Origin: Gordius albopunctatus
Lineage: Eukaryota
Direction: 5' to 3'
Length of the DNA: 64,000 nt
Assembly (NCBI GenBank): GCA_964276515.1
Contig: OZ193909.1
Coordinates: 3,100,001-3,164,000 of the forward strand
The position numbers were made by a program, and so were the translations under genes. Position 1 is the stretch's first letter. Every line of letters begins with the position of its first letter. The notes beneath the pieces were generated by a model. It worked only from the letters and a program-made list of their open reading frames with translations. It was not told the DNA's origin and made no database searches. Of this stretch, positions 22,882 through 51,691 are shown piece after piece.

Positions 22882-24824
22882 CTAACACGGATGGCAAAGG
22901 GGGTCATGATGACCCCAAACTTTAAATAGCTATAACTTTATTGGACTATAATTTAAAATTTTAAAAGAATAATACTATAACTCTTATCTGTAGATTGATG
23001 TATTACTTTGGGTATTTGAACGAGTGGTTATAATTTTATAATTACAATTAGTGCAACCCCCAAAATTTCTTCCTATGTGACTATTTATTCATAACAATTT
23101 TTTTCCAGGCAATTTCATAATTTAATTTATAAGATCATATAAAATAAAATAAGGTTGGAACTATAATAATAGAAAATTTGGCATAAAACAACCTAAAAAC
23201 AAAACAAAAAAAGAGATGTCCAAACTTAAGGAATTTTTGGCCCTATTTAGCCATTATTTTTCTAATTTTTGGACTTAAATTAGATTTTTTTAATAGAAAT
23301 ACATTATAGAAGGTTGAAATTAAGAATAGGAAAAAAATTTAGTTGTAAAATCTTAAAACAAAAATTTTATGAGGCTCTAACAATAGTAAATTATGTGTAA
23401 AAAATGAGATTTCCAACAAGTTTTCATAGTTTAAAATTTAAATAATTTTAGATTGAAAAGGTAAAGTTTAAAAAAGTCAGTTTATAATTAAACAATGATT
23501 AAATATAAGTTCATGGTTTTTGTAAATTTGGCATAAAAAAACATCAAAATAAATAGAGTTGTCGAAACTTAAGGAATTTTGACTTTTTATTTTTTGAGAC
23601 AGAAAAGTTTCTATTGTTGTTTTTCAACATAGTTTAAGATTTTTACAATAAAAATACATCATATAATGTTGAATTTGAGCATATGAAAATAATCGTCATG
23701 TAATATCTCAAAAAATACATTATTTAAGGCTATAAAAACAGTCAATTTTGCAAAAAATGAGACTTTCTACACATATTTATTAATATCAAATTTAATTTGT
23801 TTTAAATTATCAAGAAAGTTTTAATTTAGTTACTTTATAAACAGACATTATATAAGTTTATTAATATAAATTTTTAGTCTATTAAATCCTAAGCTATTAT
23901 AATATTAGCTATAAAGCATAAACACCTCAAACTAATATTTCATGTTTATTTATTTGGGGCCCTTGATAAAATTTTATCTTTTTATATTTATATACCATCT
24001 TCAAACAAAAAATCAACTATATAGCACTTTTTAATGTTAGATATGTTTAAATATCAAAGTTCACAGGAAAATTTAAGCAAATGAGCACTTTGAAATACCA
24101 CGAGGAAGAATAAACATGTTAAAATCTGAGTTTAAAAGTTAAATATCTCAATTAAAAAGAAATGTTTAGAAAAAATTTCTTTACAGATAGGTTAAGAATA
24201 GTGGTTTATAATAAAAATTTAAAAAAAATATTGAATTTTTTTTCCTTTAAAAGTTTATTTGTTAAAAATTCGTTGACAGTAATATATTATAAATACATTA
24301 AATATAAAAGATAAAATGCGTCGAATAAAATAATACACTATTCTGATATATCATCATCGAGGGGATCTTCCAAAATTGGCCAAGAATCCGCCAACGATTT
24401 AAAATTGTACTTGGCAATAAGAATACCAAGTCTTTGTAAAAAGGATACCGAATGTTTAGACGGGGGAGAACGTCTTCCTACCTCTTTAAAAAAGGCTAAG
24501 GCCTGTTTGCCAAAGGTGCCTGAACACGAAGCAACCAATGGAATGAAAATATTTGAGGATAATAGAACTTTGTATTTATTGGTTTTCCGCACCTCTGCAA
24601 TCATATTGTGGAAGGTGGGGTCCTGGAAGACCCCGGGCATCTAAAACACGCTGTATCTTAAAAACTATTTGATAAAAACAAGCCAAATTTTGCAGAGATA
24701 TTCTAGGATAAATTTTATTAAGCTACTGTAAAAATGAAATTATAACAATCACTAAATTATTTTGTACAACATTTATAAACCACTTGGGGTCGTCATGACC
24801 CCACCTAACCAACAACTTCGTTAA
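22882..24824. mobile_element. piggyBac-like non-autonomous element with an internal ~350-bp duplication
   Basis: Subterminal inverted repeats GGGGTCATGATGACCCCAA (22900) and TTGGGGTCGTCATGACCCC (24784) match at 18/19. Ends are at CTAA / TTAA. AAATTTGGCATAAAA...AAACTTAAGGAATTTT occurs at ~23175 and ~23525. Confidence 0.55.
24235..24640 (-). mobile_element. 3'-terminal fragment of a second CRE-type non-LTR element
   Basis: ORF 24338-24640 (KYKVLLSSNIFIPLVASCSGTFGKQALAFFKEVGRR) is homologous to 18074-18262 and has the same AATAAACTTTT(T)AA 3' end. It is nested in the piggyBac-like element. Confidence 0.75.
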
Positions 24825-25541
24825 GTTTATGAATTTTTAGTATGTAGGGGGGGGGCTGATGCCCCACCTTGCCTCCCCCTAACTAAGCTCAAGGACTTTA
24901 ACAAAATATACTATATCGAAACGGAATCTAGGAAGAAAAAATTATCGTATGCCTATCAGAAATGCTAGATATATATCTAATAATATTATACTTTGTTGTT
25001 TTGTAAATCAACCGTTTTGGATCCATATAGTCACACCTGACACTTTATGCAATCTCTTACATCAAATTTTCTAAAAAGTTACGTCAAGTTTTAGATGTAA
25101 GGAACTATAAAGCCCAAACTAAAATAATTTAAGATAAATCTCACGTGATTTTTCCTCTAAAAAAGTTGTACTCTTTTAAAATTTCATCTGTATTGATCTT
25201 TATATAACACATAAATATATTAATTAATATCTAGAATCTCTTCAAGAATAAGATTTAGGTTACACCACTTTTCATTATGTCCAAAAAATAATTTAAAATC
25301 AATAAATGACACATATAAGGTTCGGTGAGTATATTATAGATATACCGGTCGCCACAATTTAGGTTAAGGATAATAGCCCCGATAACCCTTATTTTAACCT
25401 ACAAAATAGGTAAGAGGACCAAGCCACAACGTGCTAAATTATCTTTTCTTTCATTATGACTTCTGCCTAACCAAAATTATCACATTTTTGTTAATAGGCG
25501 AATAAAACTAATTTATTTAAATTATGATTCAGCATGGTGCC

Positions 25542-25858
25542 TAGAGCCCGAGCCTTTTTATTTAATTTTGTCCGAGTCCGACCCGAACCTGGATTTTTTT
25601 TATTCAGGCCCGACCTGAGCGGCCCGACTTGAAATGTAAATTTATAAAAAATATTTATTCAAAATACCACCCCATAAAAATATTTTGTTTCCTTTAAATA
25701 GCCTACTCTACAAAGGAATTAGTAAAAAGTTTTAAAAAATCTTTTAGCTTAGCTAGATTATGCCTCGGGCCGGGCGCGGGCCTCGGGTCGGGTTGACCTA
25801 TCAGGCCTGATCCGAACTCGCGGGCCGATTAAATTTTAATTATTGGCCCTGCGTTCTA
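25542..25858. mobile_element. hAT-like MITE with GCCCGA/TCGGGC repeats
   Basis: TAGAGCCC... start and ...CCCTGCGTTCTA end; flanks ATGGTGCC / ATGGTGTT. Related to 6462-7028. Confidence 0.5.
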
Positions 25859-27353
25859 ATGGTGTTTTATTTTAAATAGCGATTTTATAGGTGATTTATC
25901 TTGTTGCCCTATTTTATAGAGTGTATAAACTTATGCATCTCCCTTCCCTTCGATTAAACAAGGATTGCTTTTAAATCATCATTATTAATGACAAAGAGAA
26001 GCAACATCCCTATATATAATTTTTTATTATACATTTCAGAAAATTATGATTAAAATTGCAAAAAAATATTTAATTTTCATGTCATTACTAAATTTTTGCT
26101 ATCACCCTAATTGAATTCCTTATTACCCAATCCATGTCAATTTTTTACATTGATTATTATATCTATTAAAACAACTAATTTCTAATATGACTTATGAGAC
26201 AACGATTGTTATCACTGAACACATTTAAATGCTATCAAGGTTTAATTTGAAAATTTTTAACACATAATAAAAGGCCGTTTTTTGTTATAATTTCATTGGC
26301 AATATAAATTCGACAGTCATGAAATATATAAACTGGCACTTCAACTAAGAACCACATTGCGATTGATTGCATTAACCTCTGAGTCAATGTTTTTGTAAAT
26401 CTCAATGATAAATATAATAATAATTTAGATAAAAGATCATCGTCATTTCCTTAACCTTTGGAAACATTTGGAGATATTCCATTGATCTTCATAATCTATT
26501 TAAGATTTAACCTATGGATGATACAGATCGAACGCGTGTCGATAAAATTTTTTGAAAATTTTAATCCTATTAATAGATTTTTTGTTTTATTACATGTAGC
26601 ATGGCAAGTTTGTTGTTGAATTGCATAGCTTGTACAAGGTCTACTCTAAAGCACACGATGATTAATAAATCTATATAGTGGCCTCTAGCATTTTAAGTTG
26701 ACAAATGACAACCCAACCGGAGCTCATACTTTAAATAGGCAGCCTATAAGTTGAGTAGCTTGAACAGGACCAACAAGTAAATTTTGGCTTTTTTATCTGC
26801 AAAAACGTATGCACAATATAATACAAGAATATTTTAGGGAATGTATTGATGATATATGATGATATCCCTTATAATCGGTTATAATATAGGATGAATCAAA
26901 TTTTTGAATACATGTATTGTCAATTTGTAATTCAATGACCCACCCAAAATCATTTATCATCATGGACTTTGCAAGGTGAAGACAGAAAGGAGCAGCTGTC
27001 CTCTCTTGAGTTCTAAAAGCTCTCTTTATCTAAGGGTTCAATTAAGGTATCAAACAATTTCCAAAAATTCCCATTTTCCCTTCAAAAATCATCAAGAAAA
27101 TTTTTACACCCCTCCACGCCTATAAATCCTTCGCTAATTTAATATAATATTAAATCACGTGTACAAAAAATTTCATTTTTAAAATCCATATTTAAATGGT
27201 TTAAATACGCTTTGTTGCCCAACCAAATATTTCTTGTGTTTCTAATCAATATCAATTATAGCCCGATCGATGCCCACATTTATCCGTACTTCTTGCGCAA
27301 CCCTATTTTAAATTAGAGTTTAAGATTCAGGAAGTGTTTATTTTAAAATTATA

Positions 27354-27514
27354 CATGGGTGTAGCAAGGATTTGAATTAGAGGGGGGGGCAATAATGATT
27401 TAGGGACGGGCAAAATTTTTTGATATTTTAGCTATAATTTTAATTAATTTCAACAAATTTTTGGATTTAGAGGGGGCAGCCGCCCCTGCCTGCCACCCTC
27501 TGGCTACGCCTATG
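27354..27514. mobile_element. G-tract MITE
   Basis: CATGGGTGTAGC ... GCTACGCCTATG; perfect 8-bp TSD AAATTATA. Confidence 0.85.
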
Positions 27515-29798
27515 AAATTATATAAGTATAATATGACCAAAATAAAGTCAGGGATGAAGCTACTTTATGGAATTAATTTTAAAATGCGGTTTTTAAAAAC
27601 AAAGTATCCAAGCAGTGTGTCGAATGTCGTCGATATGATTTATTGATTAAAACCATTTCTGTAACGAAGTCAAGGCCGAAAGACCGTTATCATACAAAGT
27701 AGGTGTTGAAAAGGCACCTAAATTAGGGCATATACGCTAGAAGAGTGTTTGTTATTATTGGTTGATTTGTAATCTATTTCAAAGTCACAAAGTTGTAAAA
27801 AAGAGCTAAGTGGGGGGCGGGCGGGGCGGCGGTGGGGTAAAGAGAAAGGGGTAGATTAATAAAAGCTTTAGTTGCAATTAGATTTGACGTGTTACATTAT
27901 GCTAACGGAATTGCAAGAGAAAAAGGAGGGGGAAAATGTGGTGACAAAAAGACAAGGTTGCGAAAAATCATGCTTAAAAATGAGCGAGAGATTCAGCAGA
28001 AACAATCGGCGGATTCATTGTTTTCAAAGAGGACACACCTAGCCTAGTGCTTTGACAAGGGTGTGTATAATCTAAATCCGTTTGTTTTTCTTCAAAATTA
28101 ATATTAACGACTGGCAAAAAAAAGAACGGCGCACATACATAGTAGACAGACTCACGAAGTAATTAGCGCTGTAGCACACTACACTATTCATTCCCTAGTG
28201 TAATAATACCCTTGTGCGCTTCTCCCATTGATTTTTGTTTCCTTGATTAAATTTCCGGTGTCTAAAATTGTGAGGAAAACCCCTTATTTCTGATATTCCT
28301 AAAAATCTCAGAAATTAATTTGGCATTCACCTATTCAAATAATAATTACAAAACAATTAAATTAAAATCTGAATTACCAAAAGCGGCTTGTTCTTTGAGG
28401 AATCGATTCAATTATTGAGTTGGAAACAAGCTCGACATTTTAATCAACAATTTTGTATTTATTTTTAATTATACCTCACAATTTTCGTTCTAAACAAAAA
28501 CATTTGTAATTTGTTTGTACGTATTTGTTCCCGTCGCTAAACAAAAAGTATGTAATTTATTCATCAAATGCGACGCAACTCATTAATTAATTGATTAAAT
28601 TAAACCCATTAACCCGTCTACTTTGTAAACTTGTACAGCCTTGGAAAAAATTGTATTATGTCTCAAGTTCTATAATGCGTGTGTACCACCACAAGTGAAC
28701 AAATTTACCTTGCGGGCTAGTAATGCTATGTGGTCATTTCGCAAGACAATCCTTTGTGTTAGACCATTTCTCCTTTCTTAACTACCATTTTTCTTTGTTA
28801 CTTACAATACATGTGTGTGCCAGAAAGGGTCTGAAACCAGCCAGACGCGCCCCCCACCCCCACCCCGTTAAGCCTATATAACCTTCATGTTGACTGACTA
28901 TTCAGGCCCCATACCTATGTTTTACCTTAATATGTTCACCCATCTTTTCAGTTTTCACTACTAGCCTAGTCTACTATTATAATACCTAAAAAACGCGATT
29001 ACAGCGCTTTTCGAAAGAATACCTTAACTTTGAGTGTACGTTCAGGTGATATTTACTACTCTCTCCGTCTCACTACCTACCTACCCATCGCCCGTTAAAC
29101 CCCCCTCCCCCCCCCCCCTCGCTCAACAATTATCTACAAACATAAACATTTATCATCATCGCCACGACGAATAAAACGAAAAGTTTTACCCATCAAAGGA
29201 GAAGACATGAAAAAATAGAATGTATTATAAATTAATTACAGATGGCTCTACCCCCCCCGTTCCCTTTAACCAGGGTCATCGTTTGAATACTCATTACTCT
29301 CGTTGATTTGAATAATAAGTAGTAGAGAGCGCAACATAACTTTATGTTGGTGTGGGAGATTCCATAAAGCACATAGCTTATAATAAATTCACTTGGAATT
29401 TTACACGTGGTAATGTAATGTCCATCGCGATTGTCTTCGTTTGCTTTACGCGAAAGTCAAACAAAAATAGCCACATCATAACCCGACGATTCGCATTTTG
29501 AAAATTAACGTTATTGCATCTTGACATAAAAACAAAGGATACTCACTCAATCACGCAAAAATATAATCTCGTTCGCGTAAAAAACAACTTGGGAAAAAGG
29601 TTTGGTGTAGCAAATATTCTGCCCATTCAAATAAACCATATGTGATAAACGACAACTGGCTGACACACGAGGTGGTGGCGCCACAGCATAATTTTCTTCT
29701 AATCGAGGATAAAATCTAAACAGGACGTTATTATTTGGTGTGTCAATGCATTTTTTACTACAAATATCATCTCACTGATTCACAGGCAAAAAATCGAC

Positions 29799-46452
<16,654 letters not shown>

Positions 46453-47620
46453 AAAAATGCAATCGCCATTCACACCCAATGTCCCAATCTATCACACAAA
46501 ATCACATGGTTTAATATGCACACGCGTGTATATTCTACAATGGGATTGTGCTGTGATAGATTTTCTTTTACCTTTTCAAACACCAACACTACCTCTCATA
46601 AATTAGTTTATCACGGTATATGGTAGGACAGAGGGTCGCAACATTTAATGTATCATACGGAAACGAGGATCATTAGAATCGTAGAAAAATTATATATATT
46701 ACATTTAAATATTTACTAGTTTCTCCTCAAAGGAGGTAGTAATAACAAACTTTTATTGTATTTTAATTTTAAAAGCGCAATCAAATACTTTGATATGTCT
46801 TATAACTTCATATTATACATTTTTTAACAATTTTAACACGGATATTGTAACAATTAATACGCAAGCCAAGTAGTATTATTTTAGCCCATACATTACGATA
46901 TCTATATTATTGTACGTTAAGTTTAACCCCCATCTCATGCATGTATTTAATTTTAACATCAAACCACAATTTGCTCACTCAACCTATCATATGTTTGGTA
47001 TATTGATTCAACATATTTGTAACCTTTTAATAATAAAATAAACGAGAATTTCATTTACAACGTTGCGATAGAGGTCAGGTTTCATACATCTTTCTCCCCA
47101 AATTCGGCTCAAATTTTCTAACTTTATAACCGGGGCCCGAGCCCGTATAAATCTCAACCCAACAATTCCCGGAATTTTAAAGGTACCCGATTCGAAGTAG
47201 TATATTTCCCCGTAACTAAAAGATAAACGTCCTCACATTAATGACATGACTTAATTCTTTTTCTGTCATTTTTCAAACAACCTAACATTCTTTGCGAAAT
47301 ATTATATGGCCCTTGTAATAAGCTTTTGTATAACTTCTTTCATAGGGAAGAAAGGGTTATTTATATATTCAATTATTTTAGGCAAATTCAAAGGAATCAA
47401 TGCAAACAAACTTTTTATCTTATGCCAAACAGCACCTTTTAGCTTTGTAATTTGTTATAAAAACACCATCCTTAAATAATAAGGGGCAATATACCGTAAA
47501 TAAAAAATTATTAAAATTGTAAAGAGGAGGGGGGGGGGTTCAAAATTCCTAAGAATCCCTAAAAATATGAAAGAAAAAATATATAAATCCTATTTAGCCT
47601 TTACATTTAAACTAAAATGT

Positions 47621-50600
47621 TTCCTTCTTCTTTCTATGACTGCTTGTCACCTAGGCTGGTGGCCAGTCCTTTCAGCATTCGTTTCCATTTGTTTCTATGT
47701 TTACATAGATCTTTCTTTATCTTGTGGACTTTCATATCATGCCGTATTTTATGAATCAAGGTTAGCTTGGGTCTTCCTCTTCTTCGTTTTCCTGCGAAAT
47801 TTATCATCTCGATTTTCTTTCCTACGTAGCTATCGTCCCTTCTTTCGACATAGCCAAACCATCTTAGTCTATTTGTTAGGAGCTTTGTCGCAATTGATGT
47901 AGTACCCAAAATTCTTCTTATTTCTTCATTTCGCCTATGGTCCTTTTTGCTTACTCCTAGCACCCATCTTAGCATTCTCATCTCCATGGCTGCAAGACGT
48001 TGCTCTTTTCTTTTACGTATAGCCCATGATTCCGAGCTATACAGAACTGTTGGCTGTATGATGGATTTATACAGTGCGCCTTTTAGTTTTCTCGGGATGT
48101 TTTTGTCACACAGAACACCTGTCACTGTCAGGTCCCTCCACTTGAGCCATCCGGAATTTATCCTTGCTTGGATTTCTTTATCCATTCCACCATCCGATTG
48201 AAGTGTTGATCCTAAATATTTGAAGTAATCCACGCTTGTAAGTTGCCAATCGCCTAAACTAAGGGAGCACTCTGCTGGTTTTCATCCGATTTAAAGTTTG
48301 TCTTCATGTATTCTGTTTTCTTTCTATTTACCCTGAGACCACTTTCTTCTATTGCATATACCCATCTATTTACAGTGTTAGCCAATTCTTTTTGGCTTTT
48401 GGCACAGAGCATTATATCGTCTGCAAAGATCATTGCCCAAGGAGCTTCCTCGCCCAAATCCTTGGTAATATTATCCATTATCATTATAAATAGGAAGGGA
48501 CTAAGAGCTGAACCTTGATGAACTCCAGTGTTGATGGCAAAGCCTTTTGTAGTCCCCACCGTTGTTCTAACGTACGTTCTATTTCCCTTGTACATATCTT
48601 TTATTGCTCTGACGTATACTTGTGGCACATTGTTTTCTTCAAGACATTTCCAAACTAAATTACGAGGAACTTTATCAAAAGCTTTTTCTAGATCGATGAA
48701 ACACATGTGCAAATCCTCTTCCCTTTCTTTAAACCGTTCCATTAATCTTCTAACACTGTTTAGGGCGTCTGCTGTAGACCTCTCCGCCATAAATCCGAAT
48801 TGGTTATCTCGAATTTGAACCAAACTCCGGAGCCGTTTTTCGATCACTTTTTCCCACACCTAAAAGTGTGACTCATAAGCTTTATCCCTCTGTAATTGTT
48901 ACAATCCTTAATGTCCCCTTTCATCTTGTATATCGGGATCATTTAGCTATCCCTCCACTCGTTAGGCATTTTACCCGTTTTCAAGATATTGTTGAAAAGG
49001 TTGGCGAGAAATTGTGCACCAGTATTGCCTAACGCTTTGAAGCCTTCTATCGGTATATTGTCGGGTCCAAGAGCTTTTCCTGACTTTAGTTTACTCATAG
49101 CAACTTTCATTTCCGTGATCCAGTCCGCTGTGTTTAATTCTCCTATTGTATTTTCCTGGTTAGTGTCTTCGACTACAGACCCCTTTTCAATTGATAAATC
49201 GCTATAATAGTCGTACCATCTTTGTAGTATATGGCTGTCGTGTGTTAGTATTTCTCCCTTTTGACCCTTAATTAGCCGGCATTCTAGGTAATCTTTAGAA
49301 TTTCGGGTCCTTGACTTTGCGATTTTGTAGATCAATCTTTCTCCTTCCTTTGAGTTTAGTTTTACATTTATATCATCGTACACCTTGTTTTTAGCTTTGG
49401 CTACGAATTTTTTAGCCGATCTTTTAGCTAGTTGGTAAGCTTGCTTATCATTACCATCCTTACTTTTATACCAAACTTTGTACAATCTCTTCTTTTCCTT
49501 GATACATTTTCGCACTTCTTCATTCCACCACCACGTTTCCTTGAGAATTATTTTAGTGGGCTTGCCCTCCCTCACCTAGTATTTTTCGTCCCGCTTTTCG
49601 CATTGTGGCAGCTATATTTTCCTAAATTCAGCAAGTTTAATTACTTGTTCCTGAAAATGTTTAATATTATACTTTAGTTTCCTCCATTGTATAGTAGCGG
49701 CTACTCTTTAAAATTTTTGCCCTTTAAGGCCCTTTAATATAAAGTCCATCACCAACAGCTTGTGTTGGCAGGCCAATATTTCACTCGGTATTACCTTAAC
49801 ATTTTGAACATACTTTAAGTGCGCTCTCTTGACTAGAAAGAAATCTATCTGAGTGGTACGGCTGCCGCTTTTGTACGTTATAAGATGTTCCTGTCTCTTT
49901 TTGAAGAAGGTATTTCCTATTGATAGGTCAAAAGCTTGAGCAATTTCTAGAATTTCCGTACCTTCTTCATTTCTTAGGCCGTAACCCCGACCACCGTGAT
50001 TTCTTTCAAATCCTCCCCTTGATTTGCCCACGTGTCCATTGAGGTCCACTCCGATAATTATTAGTCCCTCTTTACCGAATTGGGATAGAACTTCTTCAAG
50101 ATCCTTCCAAGAACACTCTTTTTCCGTCTCAGAGCATCCACTTTGAGGGGCGTATGCTGATATAACTTTTATCGTAGTAGATTTATAACAAAGCTGTATC
50201 GCCATAATTCTGTCATTGATTCTCTTAACGTCGGCGACAGTTTGCTGAAATTCTTCCGATAGCACTATACCGACGCCATTCCGATGAGTTTCTGTACCGT
50301 AAAAATATAATTTGTATCCGTCCCCTATGTATTTTGCTTTTTGGCCCTTCCATTTGGTCTCTTGTATACACGCGATATCGATTTATGTCCTCCTTAGAAC
50401 GTCTGCCCATTCTCTGCTCTTGCTAGTCATTGTACCAATATCCCATGACCCAAACTTTATCCTACGCAAACTAATGTCTTTAACCGCTTCCGTTTGTTGA
50501 GAGAGCGGTAGCCTTCGTTTATTTCCCACACATTCCAGGCGAAGAATGCGCGCGTCGCTTAAGGGGGATGCCCTATGGTTTTCATTCTGCGTCTTTGTTG

Positions 50601-50970
50601 TAGTATACATTTTGGTTTATATGGAATGAGGGAGTATTGATATCCCGGCCTTCCAAGCCTGACGGAACTATGTTAGATTTTGGCGCTTGACTACCTACTA
50701 TTCTTTATGGTGCAGCCATTTTGGTGAATTAAGCTTTTCTTTAGACCACTCGTATTGATAGGCTTAATCTAGCACTTCCATTTCACTAGTACTCCCTCAA
50801 AAAGCCCAGAAATTTTAGTCTGACCCTTCACCAAGAACCTTGCCAATAGGGTGACCCCACCAGTAACAAACATAAAAATTGTGTTTGGCTACCAAAGGTA
50901 TAGCTTCTTGGATCACGAGAGTACACAAGCTCAACCACCACTACAAGGTATTTCTGGCTCCTGCTTCCGA
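47621..50970 (-). mobile_element. Near full-length RTE-clade LINE (APE endonuclease + reverse transcriptase), frameshifted
   Basis: Minus-strand ORF pieces contain APE motifs (ISAYAPQ, GVDLNGHVG, TQIDFFL, HKLLVMD) and RT motifs (QFGF, FIDLEKAFD, GVHQGSALSP, FADD, FKYLGS, RLRWFGYVERR, GRPK). The stop at 47636-47634 is followed directly by an (AAG)n tail typical of RTE. The 5' leader extends to ~50970. There are four or more frameshifts or stops. Confidence 0.92.
50811..50950 (-). other. Putative structured RNA in the RTE 5' leader
   Basis: Helices seen on the minus strand: ACCUUGU/GCAAGGU, CCAAGAA/UUCUUGG (crossing the first), and a ~12-bp hairpin at 50861-50894. Confidence 0.5.
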
Positions 50971-51691
50971 TACATGTATAATTTATAACTTTTTAAAATG
51001 AGAAGCAAAAAATATAATTATACCTCATATTTACTATCTAACTCTTAAAAGCCTTAACAAAACCAATACACAAGGGGATTCAATTATTATTAATAATAGC
51101 AAGTATATAATAGCAAGTATATATCAATGACTAGGCTTACACTGCAATCCATGGAATGCTTAACTGGTTATAAAATTTCTGATGGAAATTAAAAAGGGCA
51201 CCACTGAAAACGTTAGCCGCAAGTGCTAAACTTGTTAAGTGTATAAACAAAATAGGAACATTGTGAAATATGAACCTTTTATTAATATTTAACATTTTTT
51301 AAATATATGCTTCAAAAGCGTTTCACGATAATCGAAGAATAATTTTTAATTGGATTCATTCCTTTGTGCGAAAGCATTTGGACGTTTTAAAGACATGACT
51401 TTGATTTTTCTGCAAAGCAAAAATGTCAGACTAGTTAGCCTGTGCTTAGATGTAAAAAATCGGAGTAAGGTTTAATAAGAGGGCAGCGACTAATACATTT
51501 TTTAGGTGCAAGCTTTTAGCCATCACACTATACATTTACAAAACCAAAATTTGGCAACTAATCTATAATAAATGAGATTTCAATCGAGTGATAGGAAGTA
51601 AACAAAATTGTTGTTTAATGGAGGGTAGTATAACGAGAATTATAATATTTGGGACAATATAAAAAGGCGAAATGACGAGAAAGTGTGAACA

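Noticed and set aside
26330..26960. Possible decayed transposase remnant
   Set aside because: The composition looks coding-like, but no frame gave a motif I could identify with confidence.
47040..47620. Missing ORD exons of the ORP gene beyond the RTE
   Set aside because: Minus-strand translation shows no ORD motifs, and the space is too small for a ~350-aa domain.
47567..50500. Plus-strand ORFs overlapping the RTE (and similar antisense ORFs over Plk, Shroom, ORP and the P transposase)
   Set aside because: These are shadow frames of real coding sequence on the opposite strand, with no independent motifs.
50811..50970. Canonical HDV-like ribozyme at the RTE 5' end
   Set aside because: I could not place P3/L3, P1.1, P4 or a J4/2 catalytic C. 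It is kept only as an unassigned structured-RNA candidate.
51094..51121. 14-bp tandem duplication TAATAGCAAGTATA
   Set aside because: It could be slippage or an excision footprint; nothing else supports a function.
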